Below, one piece after another: positions 37,505 to 48,837 of a stretch of DNA of 64,000 nt. This DNA comes from Lingula anatina. Taxonomy: Eukaryota; Animalia; Brachiopoda. How positions within the stretch are numbered: position 1 is the stretch's first letter; every line of letters starts with the position of its first letter. A program made the position numbers and the translations under genes. The notes beneath the pieces were generated by a model. The model made no database searches. It saw nothing but the letters and a program-made list of their open reading frames with translations, and was not told the DNA's origin. The stretch covers positions 8,246,001 through 8,310,000 of the forward strand of contig CM120645.1 in the NCBI GenBank assembly GCA_051362555.1, read 5' to 3'.

Positions 37505-40488
37505 TCATTTTTGCGGTTGGGCCCTTTCGCTTCTGCATCTCTTTCGCTGCCCTGGCTTTTTGGCTGTGGTGGGGGTGTTCGGTATTTTCAGCTTTCCATC
37601 TGTAGACACAATGGGATGAGTTCCGGGTGAGCTGGATCGATGTTGTATAAATTTTTTGTACAACATATTCTTTTGGGTGTCACTTTTTGTAGCCCACGCG
37701 GCATTCGCAACGCGAAATCTCTGCATCCACGGAGCTAGCTCAAAATTGCCACAACCATAAATTGCCCTCCTGGCATCGGCCGACTGCAGTTTCACTATTT
37801 GGTAAAGTTTGTCAACTAATTCGGGTAACCGTTGAGTTTTAAAATATTGTTCATGGACTCACAGGCGTTGTTTGTCCATGAATACGGTACACATTTGTTA
37901 TGTAAGGAAGGAATAAAAACTTTTTGGCGTAATTTTGGAACTAACCCGGAAAAGTAAGGTCCAAACGCCGGAGCCGAAGTTTCGTATTTGGTTTGTAAGT
38001 TTAAAACTTTGTTATCAAAGTCATACTCGTCTTCACTTATGAGAAGCCCCTGTCTTCCGAATACGTCCCTAACTATTTCTTGTTTTTCTCTATCGTGCAC
38101 GTTTAACTGTGTGAGATGACGTCGCATATTTTCCTCCAAATGGCGCGAGCACAACAGGAACGTCGCGTTTGGAAAGCACATTTGCAACGCGTTCGTAAGC
38201 GCTTTCTCTTCGTCCGAACCAACAATTAGATTTGAAAAGGCCAAGGTGAACGCGCTATCGTTATTGTTTACGAGATCTTTACCTATTTTCGCCTGTAGAT
38301 GAGAAAAAAAGCGTTGATACGTCTCAAATTCTCCGTCCCAATGTAAGAAAATTGGCCCTAAGAAAATGGGCGGTTGCTGCGTATTTTGTCGAATAAGTTT
38401 CGCGTTTTTGTACACAACTGTCGTGACGTAGCAGGCTCCAATATTAAAAGTTCTGTCAACTCCAATACAGCTGCTGGTCTTCCCTCCTGAGCATATAGCG
38501 CGTAACTCCTCTAACTGATCTTCTGTGTAAAGTATGATAGAAGGTGGCTTACATTGTTTCTTGCCGGTGGTTTTACTTTGGATTATTTCTTGAATCATTT
38601 CATGGTCCATCATCATTGATTGAATATGTTGAATGTCATCGGCGTTATTACGACGGTTTTGGTGGGGCATCTCGTTTCTATTACGCTGGTATTTTATATT
38701 TTGGACCTGCTTTAAGTCTCGCGGCGCGTTTTCGGGTTCTTCCGTTACCAACTTCGAATACACTTCCCTAGCTGGAGCATCCTTCACGAGTTCCTTAACG
38801 CGTCCTTTAAGCTGGTGTGGCACTTTGACATACTCACGTTTAGATTTTTTGGCGTTGCCATGAACAGAAACAATTTGCGGCCAAGTCCCTACGTATTCAA
38901 CTATTGCCACAGAATCCGATAAGGGCCTTTTCTCTTTCACTGAATCGGGCACTTTTTCAAGCCAGGTGATTCTTCTCTTTAAGGCACTCTGTCTTTTTAA
39001 AGAAGAGTAATGGTGTTTCATGGTGAGGATTTCCCATGGCGATGGTTGAGGGACCAACGGTGTCCAGGCTTTTCGAACGATAGTTCCGTAACTTCCTTCT
39101 TTCTCAATGACGAATTTTAAACGTCCTTCTGTATGAATATAATGGCTCGACTTTGTAGAGGAACGCTTGCTATCCCATACCCCACAGTCATCTGTAAACT
39201 GACTCTTTGCCCCCCTTTCATGTCGTTTTCGATTGTCACTGTTGTTTACAACAAAATAGACGTTTTCTTTTATTCCACGCGGTATGTTGGATTCGACTTT
39301 CGGTGGGTCGCAAACTATACTTAACAGGGTTTCTGGTGTTTGAAATTTAGTAATGCTTATTCCAAGCATTTCTGGCAAGTCGCTTCCGCCTTCGGAGTTT
39401 GAATCGGGAGTAAAAACAAAATCGCCGTTTTCGTCGTCAGAAATATCTATGATGGAAACAATGTCGCCCTTTTCGTCGTCGGAAATATCTATGACGTCAG
39501 TGGGTGCCGAGTCGGTCACTGGGGGGCTCATGGAGATGGAGGATGCGTCTTTACGTGGTCGCTTCTGAGGTGGTGTTTCAGGATCTTCAAGATCATGTAC
39601 TGGGGAACTGATCTCCTTATTCGAACACTCAATAAGCGGAACGAAATGGTCCGGAGTCCAAATACCACTACCCTCGCCGGTGCCACCGCAACGGGACCAC
39701 ATAACTACTACTGGGGTCATGCAATTGTTTAACCGTAGCCTTGGCTGAAAGGTTTGTCCCATGCATCCCACTGCCGGATCGAGTAATCCGTTCATAGGAG
39801 GATAGACAGATGTTATTGGGCGACCGACAACAGAAGAAAGAGCGTGTATTGTCCATCCAGTGGATTCGTTCCCTTTGACACAATCCATTCGCGCGTCATT
39901 ATAATCAGCATTCATGGCCTCCCAGTAATTGTCAGTGTGCTGTAGCTTATAGAACCGTTCATTTTCAAACATTTCCACACTGCAACGGACGCGAAGCTCA
40001 TTTGCCAATCTCTCAGAACCACAAAGAGCAACAGAAACAGAATTGAACAAACAACTGCCGTCACCGGAGACGCGGATTGGTTTTCTACCTTTTGGGACGC
40101 CCCTACATAACACCAAAATGTCCACTGCAGTAGAATCTACAGTAAGGCCTTCACCAGCAGAGAAATGGTGAAGGCTGCCTTGAAAGTGAGTTGTACTTAC
40201 CCCAAAAATCTTCATGAACATGCCTTCTTGTCGTACTGCTTCTTCAAGGTTATTTGGGGCAAAACCTTTAAGGCGTACCAGGGCTTGGTGAAAGTCATAA
40301 TCTCCACCTGGGGCTGAATTACAACTTTTGCACCAATACCCTAGCCTACTTTGCCCCAAAGCCTTGAAATCTGCCTCTGTTAACCCCTGGCATTCTTTAT
40401 GAAACCAGGAATTACAGGACTCGCATAATATGGACACCGTGTAGGCAGTGTTCTTCCTGCAATCGCCACATGGATATCTCTTAGGCAT
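37505..40488 (-). CDS. PHD finger / vertnin-like OTU protease / tandem SIM / MULE DDE transposase; main ORF 40488-37816 (890 aa), C-terminal ~110 aa continuing in the -1 frame to 37505
   Basis: PHD C7,C10,C22,C25,H30,C33,C53,C56. OTU GDGSC146LFNSVSVAL..ELRVR..VEM and WTPDH281FVP. NLS PQKRPRK. VIDISDDE and IIDISDDE. Transposase VD678RTFN, SD759EEKAL, C780SRH783, TNNACE877SMN. Tail RLPELVDKLYQIVKLQ...STDGKL...KKPGQRKR. Confidence 0.88.
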
Positions 40489-40559
40489 CTTTGCGGTAAA
40501 GATTTCGAATCACGGGTTCGTGGAATCGCTCGGATGTATATTCAGGGAGCCAAAGCTAT

Positions 40560-40883
40560 GAATGAAGGCAGGTACTGGATTGAGCGTGGCTTTTATAGGA
40601 TTTTCAGACAAAAACATACGTAATGAAGCAAGATTAGGTTAAGCGTGGGCAGTCAACTTACCTGTTCATGCATAATCAAAGGTATTAAAAAAGAAATTGA
40701 CAGGGGACACCTACTCTATACCCATGGCAACTGATCTTATCAGTAGTGTCACGCGTCAGCACAGGGGCAATCAACTTACCTGCCCATGCATAATCAAAGA
40801 CATTTCAAAAGAAATTGACAGGGGACACCTACTCTTTACCCATGGCAACTGATCTTATCAGTATTGTGACACGTCAGCACAGG
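40560..40883 (-). promoter_or_regulatory. Putative transposase promoter: 2 x 118-bp direct repeat, TATAAAA, TCATTC
   Basis: Repeat units 40647-40764 and 40765-40883, each with CTTTGAT and GTTGCCATGG on the - strand; TATAAAA at 40597-40591; TCATTC at 40565-40560; ATG at 40488. Confidence 0.55.
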
Positions 40884-41298
40884 CTAGATCGTTTTGACAC
40901 GTGGGATAAACAAGACATGCCACGGAACAACAGTTCCATTTTTTAATAAACTCAAAAAGCAAACGATGTGTATACGTTACAAAAGTTTTTGTCATACAAT
41001 GTGTTACAGTGTATATAATTTTTCACGATTATGTATATATATATACCTGCACCTACATGAATTAAGTACACATTATCAAGCATAAATCTTTTATTCTTTC
41101 TTTTATTATATCGATTAGTTTCCATAGCTTTATTAAGCAGTTTTATATAATTTCTATCGTATAATTCTTTGTATTTATGAATATTACATGCATTAATGTA
41201 CAAAATGTGTAAAATACTTATTCTGAATTTTTTTTAGATGGGTCACAATCGAATAAATAATAATACTCATCTCCTATTGCCTTTCGTGACACTCCTTA

Positions 41299-41434
41299 AC
41301 AAGTGGCACACGCTCTGTTTACGTGGTAACTGATAATATCAGCATCTTTTACAGGTGGCACACGCTCTGTTTACATGGTAACTGATATTATCAGCACCTT
41401 TTACAGGTGGCACACGCTGTTTGCAAGGTAACTG
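41299..41434. repeat. 52-bp tandem repeat, about 2.6 copies, inside the transposon
   Basis: aca(a/g)gtggcacacgct...ggtaactg units at 41299, 41351 and 41403. Confidence 0.85.
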
Positions 41435-41898
41435 GTAACGTCAATTGTCGGCATCGTCTGTTTAGCTCGATCTGACACGGGTTAGAGAAAAAATATAGCC
41501 AAAAATTATAATAATAAATAAATTGATCCTTTATGAAAATAAAGAATAAAGTATTTACGTGAATAAATAAGGCATTGACATCAAGCCTTAAACGTAAAAA
41601 CATAAAAAGAAGGTCGTGACGTATTCATAATGAAAAAATTGAAGTATAGAATGAAATAAAAGATAAATTGAAACAAAGCTGTCAAATGCACGAACCAACA
41701 TCAGTAATGGATCTGTTTAACGTCAGAAAGCTTCGGGTGAAAACTTTTCATTTCGTAAAACATCAGGTGAAATATTTTCATTTTGTTAAACCAATAACCT
41801 GCAGTTTTAAGGAAATTACAATAAAATCAATGAAAAAAATTATAAGCTTTTTATTGCAAAGACGTCTTATTAAACGTAAAATTTAGTGGTGGTTGGCG

Positions 41899-42290
41899 TG
41901 GATGCATATGTCGTCTAAATTCACTTGGGGCTCGCAAATGATCGTCCCACAATCGCTTGATGTGAGAGTCGCCAAGAGGAGAATACTCGGTCCGCCTTGC
42001 TTTCGACACACGGTTAGGGTGATGGATACACTTGCACTTGCTTTTAATATTCTGCACACTTAGGTTGCAATTATTATAATTGTCGCGCGACCGGCGTATC
42101 CCTGATTGACTTAAACTGTCCGTAGATGATCAAATACGACTAGAAATAAGTTTAGGGGAGGCATGCGACGGGCTGGCCTCGAAGGTAATCATAATTCTAA
42201 TTGCACTTAAAAGTTTATCGGAGGAATGCGACTGGACGGCCCTGATTGCCAACAACTTACCGGACCTGGGATGATCAAAAGTAATAAGAC
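41899..42290 (-). pseudogene. Degenerate inverted copy of the SGNH promoter and first ~38 codons
   Basis: Minus strand reads LGDSHIKRLWDDHLRAPSEFRRHMHP versus LGDSHIRRLRDDHLRAPGECRRHMDP; ATG replaced by GTG; upstream tttgatcatctacggac and aaaagcaagtg blocks shared. Confidence 0.85.
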
Positions 42291-42741
42291 TTTAAATCTT
42301 TCGTCAGGACAAGACACTTACTTTTATGAACATCTTACAAAATTTCAGATTATATTTTGGCTAATAAACAACATTTCAACAAGATCTTTACTCCCGTCCC
42401 AAAAATGAAAATGATCGAGGTTTTGACAGAAAAGTAACACCGACTATTGCTATTGCTATGCACATTTGTCGGACCTGAATTGTCAATAAACAATTGTTTT
42501 ATTTCTCATCTGATATTGCTTGAAATAACCGCATTCAGTGCACTAATGTAGCTTTTACGCGTAACGATATGTATTACTGTATACTTATGAACGTTTTTCC
42601 CCTTTTTGCATTTTGGAAGCCTAGCATACAACAGTTAACATCGTTTAACGTAGTTTTCAATGCAACAAATGTGACAATTAAGTGAGGTCCTCCGTTTTGA
42701 AAACGTCTGCAGACCTGTTTTTTTTTTTTTTTTTTTTTTTT

Positions 42742-42917
42742 AATAAAGCACCATCTTATGTTAAATTTCTAACTATTAGTTAATTTTACAACTATTTCAT
42801 ATGGGAGGACGCTTGTGTGCGGTATTTATTGCTTGTGGACGGTAATTAGTGCTTGTGGACGGTAGTGTTCGGTTGTGCTCGGTTGTGCTCGGTTGTCGAC
42901 GGTAATTAGGTACACCG
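42742..42917 (-). repeat. Right TIR
   Basis: Reverse complement of 33915-34090; followed directly by the TSD. Confidence 0.92.
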
Positions 42918-43064
42918 CCCCGTGACCCCCCTCTAAATCAGCCACTGCGTCACTTCCGGCGTAGATCGACATTACAGGTGTGGCAAAAAGTGAAAAGCGC
43001 AGTTCGCAGAAATTTGAGTGTTCTTCTGACCCTTTACATGTTAAAATGTCATGGAAATTTTATT

Positions 43065-43148
43065 TGAGCAGGCATGTGATTGTTATATATGATGAGCAGA
43101 CATGTGATTGTTATATATGATGAGCAGGCATATGATTGTTATATATGA
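43065..43148. repeat. 28-bp tandem repeat x3
   Basis: tgagcaggcatgtgattgttatatatga at 43065, 43093 and 43121. Confidence 0.85.
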
Positions 43149-43526
43149 AAGATGTATTCTGTGATAACCAAATGAGTTGCCCGTGGCTGTACCATAAAAT
43201 GTCGGTATCCACAAGCCCCCATGAGGTCACCTGCCGGTCCACCTGGTGCCGCGAGGACTAAACTCTTCATTCCTGGAATAGAAGCAAATGTCTCACCGCA
43301 TGGTATTTTAAAGAGAGCGTAAATTGTCACACTGACCCGACAGTTATTCTTGCAAGACGTAGCCCTCCCGTTTAAAAGTACCAACAATCATGTTCGCGAG
43401 CCGTGCAGTAGATTGTGGTGATAAAATATTTTATTATTTATGTACCTTGACGGTTTCTTTGATCCAGTCTACTGACTGGCTACTTCCAAATCTGTGAATC
43501 TCGTGACTATTCGTAGGGTTTCCATT

Positions 43527-43740
43527 TCCATAGATTAGATCGACCTACTTTAGAACGACCTAACTCCCTGGGGGTTCACGCTAAATAGCTGTCAGCCGGG
43601 CGGACACGAAAGTTAATTACCCCCTTACAGCTTGTAGTAGGTGGTACGGACATTTAAGTCAGATTATCTGAAAGTAATCTAGTGAGACTCCCCGCGGGGA
43701 TAGATCGATCTAAAATCTATGGGAATAGAGCCTATGAAAT
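43527..43740 (-). repeat. Dispersed repeat family B copy
   Basis: ttaattacccccttacagc..taatctagtgagactcccc is the reverse complement of the 2755-2975 core. Confidence 0.7.
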
Positions 43741-46347
43741 GCCTCGACTCCCCCCCTCCCACCACCACCACCACCAAGTGGTAGTTTACAAATTGTGTCT
43801 CTACCGATCAAGTCAACATATAATAAATTGAAAAGCGACATAATTCTGTGATTACTAGCCCTTAGACCGACAATGCTACGGTATGTCCTTTTGAATGAGG
43901 TATACATCTTTTTCCGATACGACAACACACTCGTAAGATCAGATGTCGATTGGTGTGGATGGATATGGACTATATTGAACCTACCGTGTGGTCGCATAAA
44001 GAATAATAGATAAGGCCGCCCAACATCTGAGTGGGTTTCTGAGGAAAAAAATTAAAACTATCGGTTGAGCAGGCCCCGAATCCCACAAGGGGGGCAATGG
44101 TCGGCTTCGCATCCGAGGCCTGTCGTTTTAGACCCCCCCCCCCCCCCCCTTCAAATAATCTTGGATCTGTCCCTGGTGTATGTCAAGAATGATGCGTTGC
44201 GTGTTGTTAACGATCGCTATGCATTCTCAACACGAGTGGCCAGTTTGTTTGTCGCAGCTCGATACGTTCAAATGTGTTCCATATCTTTGTGGTCAAATAT
44301 CATTTAATCACGGTGCTCATTTATCACGCGGTAGTATTCCTCAAACTGATCCTCATCTTTTAAATCATTTAAAGACTGAAAAAGGGCGTTTCAAACTACA
44401 AATGACTTCTACAGAGCGAAAAAAGAACAATAAACATGCACGTGGAAAATCAGGAAAAAGACTTTCTACAATGACAACTGCACTCAATTATCACTGAAAT
44501 ACATTTTAAAAAATCCTCTGAAAAGCAGTGTTATTTCTTTCAATTTTGATTAAACATTTTAAATGATTTAGAACATTACACAACATTACCCATATCAAAA
44601 CACACTGCATGGGTGCAACAGAGTGTACAAATACAAAAAATTCTCTTTATTTACAGCATAAAAGAAATTACAAGAAAAAAAGATATGAAAAAAAAATCAT
44701 TGCCTCCATACAAATTTTAATTTTAAGATACATGTAACAACATGCAAAATGACTCTGTAAAAATAAAAGATTAATTATTATCGTCAACTATGTACAACGT
44801 GCAGGTACAGAGAAATATAACAGAATAACAAAAAATAAAATAAAATAAGCAAATAGTCATGTACATGTATATATTGATGCCAGATAATCTATTCTTTCTA
44901 TTATTAACTTATTGAACTTTTCCTAAATTTAATAGTAAAAGACGCTGGCATATGTGAAAAGTCGCTCATATTACATTTAATTACATTCATACAAAGAAAA
45001 AGACTGGTCACTAATCATCTGCCCAATAGATAACAATTTCTCAGTTAACTTTCAGAAGGACAACGAACACCAAAGTTGACCCAACTTGAGAAATGGCATT
45101 GAGCCCATGTCATGGAACCAAAGGCTCATTCAGATTCACACATCTTACTGGCTGGGTCGGTCCAACTCTGCGGGTTTTTTTCCCTGAAATGCAATCAGTG
45201 AAATCAGTTTAATCATCACATGATAGTTAATTACCCCCTAGCTGTTCTAGGATGCGTGTCAGACAATTAAGGTGATTGCACTATAACGAGAATCCTCCGC
45301 AGATTTGGCCCGACCCACTTAGTACGATTTTCGAATCTGAATGTGGTCCAATATCAAAATTTGATTGTGAGCGGTGCTTTTCTCAACCAGAAAGGCGATT
45401 CGTTCAACATGCCCCCCCCCCCCACCACCAACAACAATAACCCCATCCCCGAGCCTGGTGCCCCTACTATGGGCCTGCAGTAGCCCCCCGAGGCTTCGGC
45501 TAACCCTTACATGATCTAATAACATGGGACATTCCTAGGACTATCATTCATGTCACAACACCATTGATTATGATCTGCCCAGGTCGTAATTAAAGGGGAA
45601 AATTTGAGGAATTACATCGGGGCATTTGTAAGCTCAGTGCCTGTGCAATATTTCATGCACACATTCGAGATGAACAAAGCCAAGATATTTAGTTACTCGG
45701 TTCACATATAATTAAAATGTACTGTGTGATAAAGAGACAGAATGCCAATATTATCAATATACTCGACGTACTTCAGTCTTGGGAGTTCAACCCCCTTGAA
45801 CTCATAGGGTAGAACTTCACACCTGAAAGAACACTGATCAATTTGTGCAGTTTACCAATGGTTGATTAAACCAACATCGATCGTTGTCGGTATTATGTAA
45901 TAGAATAGACTAGAATGGTTTTATTATTGTGGCAAATGTATACAGGTATACCCCCGGCCACTGAACAAAACTGGCCACAGGCTGAAAGAAGTTCAGTTTA
46001 CCCCAGGGTCAAAGGATGCTGCTCATAAATAACTTTGAAAAACAGCCGAATTATCTCACGGCCGTCCGTTCACGAAGGATTGACCACGTGACAACGCAGG
46101 AAAATCACCAGTATCAGTCCGCGGCGTAATGTACACTTTCCCGTTGGTGACGAACTGGAAAAGACGCTTGGTGACGTCGAGTAATAGATTAAAACCTTTC
46201 AATCGTGCTAAAAAGATAAATATTTCATCTGCGGCTGCTTGACCACTTTTTGTTCGTTCTTTTCATACAGTCGCTTAAGTTACCTCATAAGGAGTCATTA
46301 GGTGAATATAACTGACCAAGGTCCGCACCGGAGAGCGTGTATAAAGC

Positions 46348-48792
46348 ATGGAGTGGGGAAAGGAGCCTGCGCTGTATAAAGCCTTCCTCGTGGCTTTCGT
46401 CTTGATCGAAGTTGGCCTCTTCAGCGTGTGTGTGCAGGGGTGGCCGTCGCTGGTCTACATCTTCAGGGATGCAGGGTTTTACGCCAATCTCTGCGACAAC
46501 ACCACTCTCACATACTCGCCCGACATAAACGTGACGTCGTCCGGCGAGCAAGAGCACGATCACCTGGCTGAGCTGGGGTGTGCCCCACAACAAGAAATGT
46601 TAAACTTAGCTTACACCCTGGCTTGTGCGTCGCTTGTGCTAACATCGGTGCTAGGATACATTTATGATCATTGTGGAACGTGGTGTGTTCGCGGAATTTG
46701 CGTGTAAGTACAACTTAACTACCTAAATAAATCTGTATTTTATACAAATTATAGAAAGCCCTGGGGCTTTATAACGAAATAACTGATGGACTAGAGCTGG
46801 ACCAAACTTTTACGGCAAAATATCCGTCTTCTTTGATACAGTTATTAAGAAGCAGTACAATGTATGTAGAAGTTGTAAGTTCTATTATATAGAATATTGC
46901 GTTTGTTTTATATCAAGAAAGAAATGATAACTGTTTAATTTTAGACAAGGGCGACTCTACCTATTTGCAGACGTTAAACATAAAACCAGCTCTCAGACAA
47001 GAGCCCCTGTTCTCAATCTTTAGATTTATAACGCTACAAGAAATTGCAAAAACTTAAAATTTCTAGTAAAAAAACTGGGTACAGTGGGCACGCGCTCCTT
47101 CCCTAAACTCCCTCAAAAATTGAAACTGGCAAAACGGGACAATACCAAGTGTTATGTCATCCTCGTACTTTCAATATATTTGCCGAATAAACATGGTGGA
47201 ATATTTTAAATCCTGCGCCCATTCCCACCCTCCCTCCTTACGACCATCCCTGAACTGCACTGTTTTCAGGCCGTCTTCAGGGTCTTCCGGAAGACGGTCA
47301 GATTTTCAAGTTTACATTGACGGGTATTTAATTTTTTCTGTCGGAAGACGGTCAAAAATGGAGGATGGATCAATAAAGATAATTTGGAAGACTGTCAGAA
47401 AATATCTCTGGATCCGCCCCTGGTTTTCCCCACTTATACACCACGAAAACGCTATTAAAAGTCTTTCATGTTACCGACCTTACGGGACTATGAACAGCAG
47501 ACAATATAATCGTCAATTACAGGGCCGGTGTAACGTGACAGACCGAGGGCCCGCTTCCCATTCATTTGTACAGGTGAGCCTCGCCCTAGATTTTGACCCA
47601 CTTAGGTCAGACTAACCCTAGCCAATATAACTGTATGGAGGGCGGACTTTCTGTTTCAAGGACCCTCAGTTTCGTGACACCTGCTGATCCAGGCACTTTT
47701 TCTGACAACTTTTAAGTACTTTTGCACTTAAAAGCTTTCAAATATAGACAGATGCATTTATTATTATCATCATCATCATTATTATTATTAACAATTTAGA
47801 AATATTAATATCAGCAGTTGAAAATCAAAGGAAGAAATTTATTAGAAAAAATGTAACTGCCTATGAAATATTTTCAAACGAAATAATATATAAGCTTTTT
47901 ACTAAGTAATTATAAGTACAAGTATACTCCAAACGAAAGAGATCAAAGCTGGACACAAACGTGCAGTGAATCAGTAGCGTGGCATCAGTTGACGCTACAC
48001 TCATTTGCCTCGTCTGTCATTCTTGTGAAAAACCCCACTTTCTTTACCCTTTTTGCTATATTTATGTTATAATTTTTTCCCCGCAACAGTCTTATGCATA
48101 TGGGGCGTTCAGAATGAGTTATGTCGACCTAGTTGCCCCATCAAGATCATACACACCTGAAGATGTGATGTGACCACGGCAATATACAGTTTATTTGATT
48201 TTAGTTGCGTTTTTTGATGCAATGCGAATACTTTCTCTCAGCAAGTATGTCAAATAATACACTGCCCCCTCTCGCGATATATATTTTGAACACCCCTCGC
48301 TGACGCTGGAGGTGTTTTTGCATATATCTCTCGGTGACAATATATTATACTTAAGGAATACTCACAAAACTAGAAAAGCACTCCGAGAGCGCAGACCTCC
48401 GCCAAGGCAGTTATTTTTGATTATTACTGATTATTGATTGATTATTGATCCGGATCACCACCAATAACTAATCATGTCTTCCTTGGCCCACTTCTGACAG
48501 TTCCTGAAAATTTTATCAAAATCGGTCCATAACCTTTTGAGTTCTGTTGATGACAGACAGACAGACAGACAGACAAACAGGGGTGAAAACATACCCTCCT
48601 TGGCGGAGGTAAAAATCAAAGCGCATTTACTGACGGTATCGTTACTAGGTTGAGCAGCGTTGCGTGAATACTTACTGAAGCTCCTCAGGTCTGGTATTGA
48701 AATCGCTTTTATTAAAAGCAAGTTAGAAATCGGATAAGTCATACATCAAGGGCAGTTGGAAGCCTGTCAGCTATTGAATAAATATATTCAAT

Positions 48793-48837
<45 letters not shown>

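Larger units (their letters stand above)
33915..42917. mobile_element. Mutator-like (MULE) DNA transposon, 9003 bp, two convergent genes
   Basis: TIRs at 33915-34090 and 42742-42917 (7 mismatches in 176 by eye); 9-bp TSD CCCCGTGAC at 33906-33914 and 42918-42926; internal DDE transposase with MULE CxxH motif. Confidence 0.92.
33676..42947. mobile_element. 260-bp MITE (33676-33914 plus 42927-42947) interrupted by the MULE
   Basis: Termini caggggctgatccag and ctaaatcagccactg; 5-bp TSD CGTCA at 33671-33675 and 42948-42952; a related partial inverted copy at about 44064-44176. Confidence 0.75.

Noticed and set aside
35049-40488. Bacterial contamination or prophage (intronless ORFs)
   Set aside because: PHD, SIM and NLS motifs, TATA/initiator-like motifs, and TIR/TSD junctions continuous with host repeats indicate a eukaryotic transposon.
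33676-44176. Larger composite transposon bounded by 33676-33776 and its inverted copy at 44064-44176
   Set aside because: The left sequence already closes at 42947 with its own CGTCA TSD; the right copy is diverged and shares no TSD, so it is a separate MITE copy.
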